A stretch of 53,072 nucleotides of DNA, filler included, from Squatina squatina (Eukaryota), in assembly GCA_031763465.1 (NCBI GenBank). It is 3 parts of 3 records of this genome, joined end to end, with 100 filler letters (N's around TTAATTAATTAA, not from the genome) between each part and the next. Parts side by side here need not be neighbours in the genome. Positions count along the whole stretch, not along the records: positions 1 to 17,789 come from JARFOE010000192.1; positions 17,890 to 33,963 come from JARFOE010000046.1; 1 more part is not named here. The stretch is one strand, 5' to 3'. Of this stretch, positions 13,681 through 25,880 are shown piece by piece. The notes under the pieces were generated by a model. The model saw only the letters and a list, made by a program, of their open reading frames with translations, was not told where the DNA came from and did not search any database. The translations under genes were made by a program, and so were the position numbers. Positions within the stretch are counted from its first letter, which is position 1. Each line of letters opens with the position of its first letter.

Positions 13681-14334
13681 TGTACAGATAATCTTCATGA
13701 AGTAAGAGTAATGGGTCTGTAGTTTCCGATATCTGTTTTGTCACTCCTTTTTGCCCGATAGTTATTTTGTTTCCAATCTTGGATTTGAAAGAGGTTAAAA
13801 ACTTGAGTGCAGACTGATGGCTTCACAGAAGCTATTTATGAAGAGAAGAACAATATGCTTGTCAAAATCAGTGATGAGACAGCCACTGCTGTGTAACTCA
13901 AGGGGAAAAGGTTTACAAATTGTCAGCCTTCATTTCCTGATTTTTCATACAACATCTGACAAGACATTTAGCCTGACAGCTTTTCATTCTTATGGGATAG
14001 AGCTTATTGGTTAAAAGAAAATACTGGTGCATATTTGTGGTAAGATATTCATTCTTTATTGACTGGAAAGCACTTTGGGACATCCTGAGGTCATGAAAGG
14101 CACTATAAATACAAGTTAACTTGAGGTGATCGCTTTCTCAGATGGAAAATCTAACAATATAATTTTGTTGTATTTATTATTATTTCCATTTCCAATTTCT
14201 CTCCACCAATTTCCCCTTCTCCCCCTCCCCATCTCCTGACGATACTGACTTTGCGAGGGAAAGTTTCAACAAGCTCACAAGTTCAAAGTCGAGTGGATTG
14301 TACAACCCTGAATTTCAGTAGGGGTTCTGTAAAT

Positions 14335-14430
14335 ATTATAAAAAGGATATAGAGGCACTGGAGTGGGTGCAAAAAGATTTACCACGATGTTTCCAGAAAT
14401 GTGAGGGCATACCTACCAAAAGAATGAACA
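14335..14430 (+). mobile_element. CR1 ORF2 C-terminal fragment
   Basis: Encodes YKKDIEALEWVQKRFTTMFP, typical of CR1. Confidence 0.65.
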
Positions 14431-15127
14431 NNNNNNNNNNNNNNNNNNNNNNNNNNNNNNNNNNNNNNNNNNNNNNNNNNNNNNNNNNNNNNNNNNNNNN
14501 NNNNNNNNNNNNNNNNNNNNNNNNNNNNNNGTTGGTTATATTTCACTAAGCTAGGTAGGACCATGGATTCCACTATTAACAGTGGTTGTGTGCACTAGGA
14601 ATAATCTTTGGGGGAAAAAACACAGGAACCTACTGCTTCATATCAAAAAATCTTGAAGAGCTGTTAATACCAAACTATAATTCTCAGGGAGTACATAAGA
14701 ATCTGTAAACACCAGTTAAAACAAAAGATCCACAATATAAATCACACTGAATACAATAGTATTTCAAAAAGTTTATGGCTTGTGGGCCAAGTCTAAGCTC
14801 ACTGTTGTCATGTTGTTGGTTAATAAACAGAAGTGGCTCGCATTACTTAGAATAGGTGCTTCGGATTGGTGTAACATTACACGACCATTGCATAAATTAG
14901 AGTGGTTCTGTCACATAAGTGTTTTCTAAATACTAGGGCATTCTGGAATGCATGTACATCTGACAGAATATGTTCTTGTTAGAATGTATGCAGATGAAAG
15001 AAACTTGAATCCTGCTTTCACTTTTTCTATGTATTCTTTTAATAAAGTACGTGTTGTTGATATGGAATTCTTAGTTTCATGATATGAAAACTTTCACTGT
15101 TCAAGAGTGAGTTGACCACATTTATTG

Positions 15128-17047
15128 TCACACATCTTTTCCTGATGTTTGCTCGTCAAAATCCCAAGGACAGATTGAGGCCATTTTTGATGTGTCTACA
15201 TCTATGCCCTGTGAATTTTTATTGTCCTTGGTTACAACTGTGCTTCTTTCTGCTACTTGTAGAGTGGGACTGCTTTCCTCGACATCCCAGGGACATACTT
15301 CGGCACGTTTGCCTTTTTCCTTCCCTACTACATTATCAGTTGTGTTTTTGTTCTTTCCACTTGCAGAACCAGGGGTTATTTTGACTTCCCTGGGACAACT
15401 TTCAGCCACTGTCGATTTTTCCACTGGTGCTTCTGGCACTTTCATGTCTTTTTCCTTGTACTTGCCCTTCACTTTTACTTTATCTTCTTTTCTTTCTTTT
15501 GCTTTCTCTGTCTCCTTGCCTTTTCCTGCAGATACCAAGGATTTCACAGATATCCCGAACCCTTTCACCGTTGACTTTTTCTGGGGAATGCTGCTTAATA
15601 AAGAGGCTGAGGCGGTTGAAGCTGGGCTCTTTTCTGATTCTGGTGACTCTGATGTTTCAAACTCCCAAGGACAAACATTTGCTCTATTAATAGAAACTTG
15701 CTGTAGGCTGCTGCTTGATGTTAAGGGCTCTGGCATGGTCCCTTTGTCCTTTCCATCTTCCAAAGCTATTTCTTTCTTCCCTTCCCCTTTCTCAATCTGG
15801 CTTTTCTCTGATGCCTTGCTTGGCATTTCCTTGAAGTCCCAAGGGCGAATCTCAATAATATTATTTGAATCCATATCTTTTGCAATGGAAATACTTTCAG
15901 GCTGATAAATCATAGTCTTCCTAAACTCTGGCAGGATTGATTGTGGCTCCTTAAAGTCCCAGGGACTCACTTCCGATTTCTCAATATTGCCTTGTGTCAC
16001 CTGTTTTTGTTTAGTAACATTCTCCACAGACTTTTGTTTGTTGATGTTCTGAGCCTTCACATTTGAATGGGAATGGTTAATATTTTGTGATTCCACAAGT
16101 GCAATAGATACATGTTTTTGAACTCTTGATTCTGAAGGAGTCGGTGGCTGGTCTTGCACCTCCCATGGACAGACTTCAGCTCTGTCAAATGGATCACTCA
16201 GTCCAGAGTTTGCTGTATCTGGACTAACTGTAGACTGACTACTAGTATGTTGCTTCATTATTCCAGCTTTTGGAGCTCTTTTTGCCTCCTCAGAAATCGA
16301 AGAGTGGCTCAAAGAATTTTTTGGTTGAGATGCTACCATTTCATTGTTATCTGCTGAGGAATGCCTTTTGTCAGTATCTTTACTTCTCTGCTGTCCTTTA
16401 TAATGTTTTGTATGTTCCTCCATGCTTTGCGTTTTGCCTGTCATTCCCAGTGTTTTTTCCTTTGCACTGGCAATGACACTGATGGATTTTTGCAACATGG
16501 ATGTTCTTGGATGCAAGGGTTTTTTGTCCACACTTAAATTATGTGCGCTAGCAGACTTGCACACTAGAGGAACGGATTCTGTAGAAATGTCATCTGCCTT
16601 CTCATTGGTCTTTTTAACTAACTTTTTCCCCATTAGTGAATCTAACAGTCCAGCTTCTGTACTGGAAACTTCCATTTTGTCTGCCGCAGAGATGCTGGAA
16701 TCTTCACCTTGATCCCTCACATGGTCATAGCTACTGAGAGATTTTTGCAGTAATAATGCTTTATTTTTCATAGAGTCTTCTTTTGTTTTCACACTGGAGA
16801 TAGAAGGATCAAATGGATTCCTCCTACCAATACTGATGCTGTTCCTGGTTATAGAAGGATCTGTATGCTCCTTGTCCTCTTTACTGCATTGCCTACTCAC
16901 TGTCTCTGGGATCTCAGTGATGCGCCTCATAATTGATCGTCCTAATCCTTTCTTAGAGCTTCTCTTTTTTTGCAAATGTGGGTTATTAGCCGTCATCTTT
17001 TTCCTTTTGTAAATCTCCAGCTGTGCATACAGTTTCTTCAGCTCATC
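15128..17047 (-). CDS. GPR158: GPR158 terminal coding exon (cytoplasmic tail, 639 aa plus stop)
   Basis: Acceptor tttgcag, then DELKKLYAQLEIYKRKKMTANNPHLQKKRSSKKGLGRSIMRRITEIPETVSRQCSKEDK, later STESVPLVCKSASAHNLS, HPRTSMLQKS and VCPWE motifs. Adjacent to MYO3A as in mammals. Confidence 0.95.
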   Translation of the reverse strand, partial: DELKKLYAQLEIYKRKKMTANNPHLQKKRSSKKGLGRSIMRRITEIPETVSRQCSKEDKEHTDPSITRNSISIGRRNPFDPSISSVKTKEDSMKNKALLLQKSLSSYDHVRDQGEDSSISAADKMEVSSTEAGLLDSLMGKKLVKKTNEKADDISTESVPLVCKSASAHNLSVDKKPLHPRTSMLQKSISVIASAKEKTLGMTGKTQSMEEHTKHYKGQQRSKDTDKRHSSADNNEMVASQPKNSLSHSSISEEAKRAPKAGIMKQHTSSQSTVSPDTANSGLSDPFDRAEVCPWEVQDQPPTPSESRVQKHVSIALVESQNINHSHSNVKAQNINKQKSVENVTKQKQVTQGNIEKSEVSPWDFKEPQSILPEFRKTMIYQPESISIAKDMDSNNIIEIRPWDFKEMPSKASEKSQIEKGEGKKEIALEDGKDKGTMPEPLTSSSSLQQVSINRANVCPWEFETSESPESEKSPASTASASLLSSIPQKKSTVKGFGISVKSLVSAGKGKETEKAKERKEDKVKVKGKYKEKDMKVPEAPVEKSTVAESCPREVKITPGSASGKNKNTTDNVVGKEKGKRAEVCPWDVEESSPTLQVAERSTVVTKDNKNSQGIDVDTSKMASICPWDFDEQTSGKDV

Positions 17048-17789
17048 CTGCAAACAGAAAGTAGTAAAATCGTCTGTCTGAGTACAATATGCAACAGACA
17101 CCACCTAGCATGCAGTATATGATGTGCACAAATTATACATCTGCTTTCAGAAAAATAAAGCGTGGCAAATCAGCAATGAAATCAATGATGATTGCAAATT
17201 TAAAATCAGACCAATTTTGTTAGTCTATGTAAATTATACTTATAAGCGATTGCAATGTTGACTTAGACTGCTGTTTGTTTCCTTTATTTCAGCCTTTCTA
17301 TAAAGTTTCAGACAGTTTCTTGGAAAAATTAGTCATATTTTCATCAATGCTCTCAAGATCACTTTACTACGAGGTATTGCAGTTACCAATAAGTATCTTT
17401 CGAGTAACATTTTTGAAACATTGGAATTCATTCGAAATATAATTGATATATTTGGTAGTTTTATATCAATTCAATATAAATGTAGATTAGCAAAAGGGAT
17501 ATTGTCTTTTTTTATGAATTGTTCAGCAACTTGTTCAAATTAGAAGTTTATAAATGGAAATGAAGCACGATTGATAATTGTAGCACTAAGCTGGGGCCTT
17601 GCTGCTTAGACAGGAAGATCCTGGGCTTAAAATTTGATTAGGCCAGAAAGCGGGTGCAGGCCAATCGCGTGTCAGGTGCGACCTTCATGCTACCTGCTAA
17701 TTACCATGATTGATGTGTGCAGCCCTGCGCTGAGTGGTTGAGCACTCTGCAGGATGCTGAAATTCGTGCGAGGCTCGCACTATTTAAAG

Positions 17790-17889
17790 NNNNNNNNNNN
17801 NNNNNNNNNNNNNNNNNNNNNNNNNNNNNNNNNTTAATTAATTAANNNNNNNNNNNNNNNNNNNNNNNNNNNNNNNNNNNNNNNNNNNN
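17790..17889. other. Artificial scaffold linker
   Basis: 44 N + TTAATTAATTAA (17834-17845, stops in all six frames) + 44 N = 100 bp. Gene content changes across it. Confidence 0.95.
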
Positions 17890-19838
17890 CACACTTTCTA
17901 GCACTGTTTTAAATTAATTTGTTTATATAAAAGGACTTGTTATAATTCTTTGCCGCTATCAGTTTTTTAAGTTGCGTCATGAAAACAAGACATTCTTTAA
18001 TGTTCAGTCTTTTGCTTTTTGACTCCTGCTTATTAAGCTTTGAGTTATGTGAGAAAAGTCTTCAATGTCACAAGTAGCGATAATAATTGCTGGGCATACA
18101 CAGCCCATCCACCAGCAACTGAAAGCAAAGAAAGAGCTTTAGTCCCATCCAAATTTGTAACCCATCCTTTCTCTTTCTGGCGGTATTGGATCTCCTCTTG
18201 TGTTTCCAGCATTTTCCGTTCTATTTCAAATTTCCATAAATTGCAGTTTTTCTTTTATTTCCACTGCCGCTCATTGTTCAGCTGGCAGGGGGTTCAGCTG
18301 GAATAATAAGAGACTGATGAGCCGCTTTTTTATTGATGCTGTTTTAATTGGATTCTGGCAGCCAGGCAGTTGTAAACCTTGGTAAATCTGCATGTACCTT
18401 GCTAAATCTGGTTTTTTGATGCCAATGGCAGACTTGTAGATCCACAATAAAACTGAGCCTACAAGTCTTTCAGGGGAATAGAGGAATTAGATTTAGTGTG
18501 TAAACACCAGGACCCAGCTCCCTGACACTGGCCTCCTGGATTCCAAACAGCAGCACCAATATAAAAATGGCAATAATGTCACATTTTGCTCTCAAGGAAA
18601 CATGTTTAACTTGCATATCCACTTAAGTTCCAATTATGCATTAAAACTCCCTGGACAAAATTCAGCTTGTCATAATGACCCTAACTGTGAGTTTTCTCTC
18701 TTCCTACCCCTCACCACCGCCCCCGCCCCCCACCCCTTGAGTTTTCAAGAAGGTTGCTCCAAGCCAGATCGTGAACCAGAGACGTTAGATTTAATTTAAT
18801 TACTGCTCAGCACGCAGGCTGACTTTTAATTTACAATTTAAATCCAATAGAGATTTGGATGAAGCATTTATGCAAGTGACATTCAAACCACCTACCTTGC
18901 AGCCTTATAAAAGTCTGTGGGGGAATAGTGGATGTTTTATATCTAAATTTTGAACTGACTAAGTAACTTATTACAGTTGATTTTTCAATACTGAATGCAA
19001 TTATGCTGGTAATTCTCTACAATTTGAATNNNNNNNNNNAATTTCTTTTATATATAATAATAGTTATCCCTTGAAAATGCTCACGGTTAGTTTGGGTCGC
19101 AGAGCTCGGTGTTCTGTGTATGTTGCCTATACAAAACTGACGTCACCACTATGTGCTTCAATGATCTTGACTGTCGAGGGCTCTGTTTATCTGTTGGAGT
19201 GGGCATAGGGCATTTCGAGCTCTCCCTCAGCTTTCGGGCCTGCAAGTCTGAGGTCAGTCACTATTCTCCTTCCCTCTACAGCTCTCTCCCAGAAACACTT
19301 TGGCTTGCTACCTTTCTTTCACCTTGTCCTGTAGGCGAGNNNNNNNNNNNNNNNNNNNNNNNNNNNNNNNNNNNNNNNNNNNNNNNNNNNNNNNNNNNNN
19401 NNNNNNNNNNNNNNNNNNNNNNNNNNNNNNNNNNNNNNNNNNNNNNNNNNNNNNNNNNNNNNNNNNNNNNNNNNNNNNNNNNNNNNNNNNNNNNNNNNNN
19501 NNNNNNNNNNNNNNNNNNNNNNNNNNNNNNNNNNNNNNNNNNNNNNNNNNNNNNNNNNNNNNNNNNNNNNNNNNNNNNNNNNNNNNNNNNNNNNNNNNNN
19601 NNNNNNNNNNNNNNNNNNNNNNNNNNNNNNNNNNNNNNNNNNNNNNNNNNNNNNNNNNNNNNNNNAAAACATTAGTATTGATTTAGCTATACTGGAGGAT
19701 ACTTTTAATATGATGCAGAAGAACAACTGAACTTCCCTATCTGATTAAATTGTCAGTGGGGCTTGGAAGGTGCTTTGTTTTTAATAACAGTGAGATGATT
19801 GTTTGGAAAGTGCTGTATACAGACTATTTTGGGGTATA

Positions 19839-20106
19839 ATTTGGAATTCTACATTTTGTTCCCAAGCAGTTACTTCAGATTTTGCACCTACACTGTGAGG
19901 GTTGCAGTAACATTACTGCAACACAATTAAAATAGAATTAAAATGCATCCAATTTATAATTTTATATTCAGCCCGTGGCATCAACACTAAGTTCTTCAAC
20001 TTATACTTTCGGACAATATCTAGGCCAGCTGTCTGTATGTTGAACTGACATACGTAGGCGCAAAATCCGAAGTAACTGCTTGGGAACAAAATGTAGAATT
20101 CCAAAT
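19839..20106. repeat. 53-bp inverted repeat with a 162-bp spacer
   Basis: 19839-19891 and 20054-20106 are 51/53 complementary. Confidence 0.9.
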
Positions 20107-20584
20107 ATAAAAATCTTCCTCCTGAGTTGTAGTAAATGCCTAAGAGTATCGGAAGTCCTCGGTATATCCTGTGGTGCTTTTAGAAACTGGCCATGCTTCT
20201 TGCTAAAAGTTTCAGTATTAAGATTGATCAAACCGGTCAAGGAGCTGTGGGGCGTATAAGTATTCTGGAGTTTATTTGATTGCCTTTGGGATCAAGGGAG
20301 AATTTTGTCGAAGTGGTTTGGTCCATAAATAGNNNNNNNNNNNNNNNNNNNNNNNNNNNNNNNNNNNNNNNNNNNNNNNNNNNNNNNNNNNNNNNNNNNN
20401 NNNNNNNNNNNNNNNNNNNNNNNNNNNNNNNNTATCAAATCAACCTACTATGGTGTATTCCCAGCTTCTGCTACTCATCCTCTGACCTCCAAGTTCCCCC
20501 CAGGGATCATCTCCCCTTCCTCCCTGATTCTCGGTGACAGCTCAAAATGACTGGCATTTAAATGAGTCATAATTTAAAAACCTG

Positions 20585-20780
20585 GTAGTAGGGACAGCTG
20601 AGTGGTGTGGAAGAATGTTGTTGGCTGGGGTATGTTGTTAGGCAGAGTGGAGGAGTCCATCCACTTCTACTGTACCCAACCTGGCAGTGCTTGATGCTTG
20701 CACTGGGTGCCCGATGTGTTTTCCATTCTTCAGGATCAATGTATCTCACCTTGAGCACAAAATTTGTTTAAAAAAAAACA
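20585..20780 (+). mobile_element. LF-SINE-related SINE 3' portion
   Basis: ctgtacccaacctggcagtgcttgatgcttgcactgggtgcc...caccttgagcacaaaatt plus an A-rich tail. Family assignment is from recall. Confidence 0.35.
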
Positions 20781-21043
20781 CACATACAAATAAAAACAAA
20801 ACTGGCAGTAGCTTGTTTTACTGCTTTGGCCAACAAGGAAATTTGGCTCATTTATTCTTCTGAGTGAGTGAAATGTAATTACACACTACTTGGTGGAATA
20901 GTAATTCTCACCAAGGAAAAATAAAAACAGTAATATGCATGTGTGACTTATCACTTGACAGTTGGCAAAGTGTGTTGAATTAAATTAAGTCTGCATAAGA
21001 ATGCATGATCGTTCTCTCATAGAATAAACAGAAAATCTAAGCA

Positions 21044-21169
21044 GTGACAGTGAGTTTCAGGGGTTCTTTCATTCGTATGAATGACCATCATAACTCACTT
21101 TGTGCCTGTGGCATTTGTGAGTTATTGGTCCTTCTCACTCGTGAAAGGACATCAGTAACTCACTGTCAC
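21044..21169. repeat. 126-bp imperfect palindrome / hairpin
   Basis: Pairs gtgacagtgagtt/aactcactgtcac, ctttca/tgaaag, gacca/tggtc, ataactcac/gtgagttat and tgcc/ggca around a 3-nt loop. Confidence 0.85.
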
Positions 21170-22799
21170 CAGTGAAATACTGTATCCTATATTTAAACAC
21201 CTAATAAAGTGTCATTTTTCACAGATACTCAGCTCCATCATTAATTTAAAAAAAGCCACAAAGTGAAGGTTAAAAAACAAGAACTAATGTTATCTTTTAC
21301 CTGATGATGCACCAACTGCATAAAGCCAAATACTGCAATAGGTTAAAAAAATATTTAACCCTCAAGGCTGTGAGGCTATCTTATTGGATTAATTATTCTG
21401 GCTCATTCAGGAACTGTTTATACTAAATCCTGTAAGTTTACTGCACCAATGCATGCCAAATAGGTTATAATAGGTGGGAGTGAAATGTAAGGCAAGTACT
21501 CCCCCATTTTATAGAGAAAATAATGTCAGAATCTATTTCTGGCGTTTTTTGGAAAAAGAACTTGTTGGGAGCAACCTTGTCTGTACCTAAGTAGGAACCA
21601 ACAAGATTGGGATTTAAGACTGGTCTAAGAGCTGACCAGAGCTGCGGGAATGCTAAAACCAGTAACATGTCGTTCACTTTTGGACAGTTCTGGCTGGGCT
21701 TTCAGATTGGCCAGATCCCAGCACACATTGCTTTAGTGAAGGTGCTATGAGATGCACAGGGTTGTTACTATCAGTGATATTCTGCAGTGGCCTAGTAAGG
21801 AGCAAGGACTGACTTATAAGCTCACCTGCAGGTAAGAAAATTTAGACTGTTACAAAAAATGTCAAATCAGTAAGAACATTAATTTTTGATATAAAGTGAG
21901 ATATTACAAAAAAATACTATCCCCTAGACTTTACTTCCCCTTTTAATATCTCATAGTAAATGGAATGTTCCATATTGTAGAACTGTTTTTAAAGTCATAA
22001 CTCAGATTGACCAAGTGTCAATGATTAGGAGGGCCAGTCATCTTTTTGGTTTGGAAGTGTAAAGTATTTTAATGTATGCCACTTTGAACAATGATCGCAG
22101 TTCTGTACGTTTAAGTAGGTTTTAGTATGTGTCACTTTTGCCATTCATAAACCTGAGTCTTACCATTTCCTGCATTGATATTTTTTGTAAGACCAGACAA
22201 GTAAGGAAAAAGCACTGTTACCCGAGTATATCATATGTCGTCTTATTGGTGCAAAAATCAATATGGCACCAAAAGCAGGGGCAATGTCCTGCTCTGCACT
22301 GCCTGCTAATTTTTAAAGTGTCAGTTTTGTTCCATAATGTCAGTGCACTTCCACACTCCATTCTCTCTCTCTCGACCCAGGTCCTTGTCTTGGCCAACAT
22401 TCCAGTCCTCACTCTGATTGTTTACAATCAGTGACCATCTCATTCCTCATTTGAACTGGAACCATTCTTTAATGCAATGTTAAAAAAATAACTTCTCACT
22501 GTATTGGAGTTGGAGTCAATGTCAGGTACAATAAAGTTTATTTAAATGTTTTTTAAAAACACAAAGTAATTGGTGTCACATTTGTGTTGGGATCAATGCT
22601 ATAATTTTAAGGAAATACTGAGCTTCACTAATTCAAACCGTGTTTCTGCAGCAGTTGTGTACTTGAGTTAATTATAAGTATAAATTGAAACTTGCCAAGT
22701 TTCTCCCTGTCATAAAGGTGCTGAGTCTTCACAAGATAGATACAGATTAGGAAGATCAATTTGCCCATCTTGGCTCATCCATTCAGAAAGAACCTACCA

Positions 22800-23022
22800 T
22801 TTTTTTAGTCGTTCCTGGGATGTGGGTGTTGCTGGCAAGGCCAGCATTTATTGCCCATCCCTAGGTGCCCTTGAGAAGGTGTTGGTGAGCTGCCGCCTTG
22901 AAGCACTGCAGTCCCATGTGGTGAAGGTACACCCACAGTGCTGTTAAGGAGGGAGTTCAAGGATTTTGACCCAGTGATGATGAAGGAACGACGATATACT
23001 TCCAAGTCAGGATGGTGTGTGA
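22800..23022 (-). mobile_element. LINE 3' end (abundant shark CR1/L2-group family)
   Basis: gggatgtgggtgttgctggcaaggccagcatttattgcccatcc...ttccaagtcaggatggtgtgtga, recognised as a common chondrichthyan LINE tail. Confidence 0.65.
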
Positions 23023-25709
23023 TTTTTCTCGCAACAGATTTAGCTGTTTTTTTGCCTCCACTACCCAACTCCAAAGTTCAGTCCACTTGTTGATTTCTCC
23101 TTACGTGAAGAAAAAAATCCGGATTATCAGGCCTAAACCTGCCTTTGGAGAATTTGGGCTCATGCCTTCTTGTTTTTATTGTCATGGTTCAATTTGAAGT
23201 AGTGTCCCAGATTTAACGTTTCTGTAATGTTTCTCATACTTCTTTCCCATCGTAGCTCAGGGATCAGTTTGTGATACTTCTATGCATCCCAGTTGTTGGC
23301 CCAGTGAACTCAGAAGTAACAGCAGAAAATAGTAGAAATGCACAGCTGGTCCTTCAGTGTCTGGAAAAAAAAGTGAAATTGGCTAAAATTGGCAGGTCTA
23401 TTCATTTTGTCAGAGCTAACTCATCAAACTTAAGACTTTCTCATCTATATAGCATAGTATTACAACACTTGCCATATTTACCCACCAAGCCATTTACTGG
23501 TGTTCTCTAATTCATAGTAACTTGATTGAAAATCAGCAGACAGAATAAAGTATCAGTCTCCAACCTCTTCACCGCGCCCCCCAAAAATTATTGGTAAAAT
23601 ATTTTAGAATCCATGTACTAATATATCACGGAGCATTGATTTTTTTTAAAAATTGGAATAACTTCCACTTATATGACACATTTAATGTAACAAAACATCA
23701 CCAGGGACATCACAAGGAGGTGGGAAATTTGAGACATAGAGCATGAGTTAGGAGACGAGTTAGGGGAGATGACCAAAGGCCAGGTTGGTGAGGTAGGTTT
23801 TAAAGATAACGCAAAGTGGAGGAGTTTTGGAAGACATTTATTAAGGCCTTTGCCAGATTTAACTATTTTGCAAACAATATCAGATTTTGAAAGTTTAGAA
23901 AATGCACTGACAAACGAAGATCAAAGTTGATCAAACACCTTTTCTTCCTGCTTAATGCCTTCACTTNNNNNNNNNNNNNNNNNNNNNNNNNNNNNNNNNN
24001 NNNNNNNNNNNNNNNNNNNNNNNNNNNNNNNNNNNNNNNNNNNNNNNNNNNNNNNNNNNNNNNNNNTCAGTACAATAAGACAATTTAATTTAAATAGTAC
24101 CTTTTAATTTTTATAGGATAAATTATATTGAAATGTCTGTTGTTTAGCAGATACATGTTCCCAGTGTTATCGTGGATACTATTTTATATTAAAAGCAATC
24201 TACACCTGAATGGAACCTATAATTCTTCAGTAGTTTGTTCATTTATGTAAATATTTAATGCACCAGTAATTAAAATACCTCCCAAGTCCTTACTAACATA
24301 CTGTGGACTGCTGCCATCTGTGGGCCTATACCCTCGAGTGAGTAGCTCTCTTGAAGAGAATAAGAAGCAAGGGAAGAAAATTGAAGGAGGAAATAACATA
24401 TTTGCGCTTAACTGTTGAATATCCTTGTGATGTATTGGATTGTAATGCTCATATTTCTTTATACCAGTGTCCAATTTTATTTCAATTTGGGGGATATTGT
24501 GCTTGTAGGTCATTGAAAAATGAAACCATTGCTCGTTAATTGCTTTTGGTAGATGTAAATATCTCCAGGTGAAGCCCAAACCGTTTCTACTTATTTCCCA
24601 GAGACTTTGCTGCTATATTAGGAGCCTTTGAGGAGATGATCTTTTTCCCTTTCAGCTCTTTAATTAAACAGGAAATGGCTTTTATCCAGTCTTGGTAAAG
24701 AAGTGATATTTTTCAATCCACATCACCATAGATATTTTGAATCTTAAGCCCTTTTAATATTTTTATATTGGTTAAAAATCAAGATCTTGCTTTTGATTGG
24801 TCCAGCTTATTTTTTCCAATCAAATTTGTCATTAGTCCTGTGAACTTCATAATAGACATGTGAAGAAATAGTTAACTTTTTGTACTGTAGGATTCTTTCC
24901 AAAAAATGAATGGAGGATGCTTGTGGTACATTTAAAATCAGAAAGCAAATAAATAGGACAGTACAATCTCATAAATAAGTCCCATGTGATAAATCATAAA
25001 TAACGACGGATAATAATCAACCACGCAAGTACATGTTCGACACACCACACATCCCTATGATAATTAGAGAATTAGAAGCCATTTTAATGAATGTGCTTGT
25101 TGATCTTATGACACTGGAAAATTAGTTGAAAAGGTTTTGTGATATGGCTATGTTACTGTGACAGAAGAATTGCAGGTGTGTGAGCTTTAACTGGAGTGAA
25201 GGGCTATAGTTTGAATGAGAAGCATTTGGTAGAGGTTGCAGACCAGAAGTTGTTCCTTTTTGTGCCAATATATTCTTGAAGTTACTAGCGCTGGAATACA
25301 GTTCCACAGGGACCAGCAACCATCTGATATCTCACCTACGTATCTCAAAAGACTTCATGGTTCTGCCCTTTAATCAGACTACTTGAATATGTGTTACATG
25401 TATACAAAGATGATAAAAGTGGTTTTCGTTTTGAGGAAATGGCGCTGAGGTCAGCATCAATATACTAAAAAGGACAAGTATGATTGGGGAAGGAGAAGGA
25501 AAATGTGGTTATAGTGGGTAACTCCAGCACAAGAACTAGATGTGATAGGCTAAATGGCTTTTGGGCTGTAATTCCTATGATTGATTATTCCCAAAGTCTG
25601 TTATGGTCCTGTGCAGTAGTGCAAATTGAAAGTTTGAGTTGTTGTGACATTTAGAATACCGCAGACACTCCAATGCAGTCCTGAAGGAGCATCGTATTGT
25701 TGGTGGTAC

Positions 25710-25880
25710 GGGGGCCAATTTTCACGTCGGGTGGAGTGATAGCACCAACACGAGGCCCGAAACTTTGGTCAAGGTCGGGCCCTATCTGCATAATTTCAGC
25801 GAGCTGCCAGTGCTCATTGAGCCCTGACAGGCAGCTCACCAATCGAGAGCTGTGCCAGGGCTTATTTAAATAATGTACCT
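25710..25880. mobile_element. MITE-like DNA transposon end
   Basis: GC-rich block starting ggggccaattttcac. Confidence 0.35.

Noticed and set aside
15192-16712. Plus-strand ORFs of 237, 96, 87 aa and similar
   Set aside because: Antisense shadows of the GPR158 exon with no independent homology.
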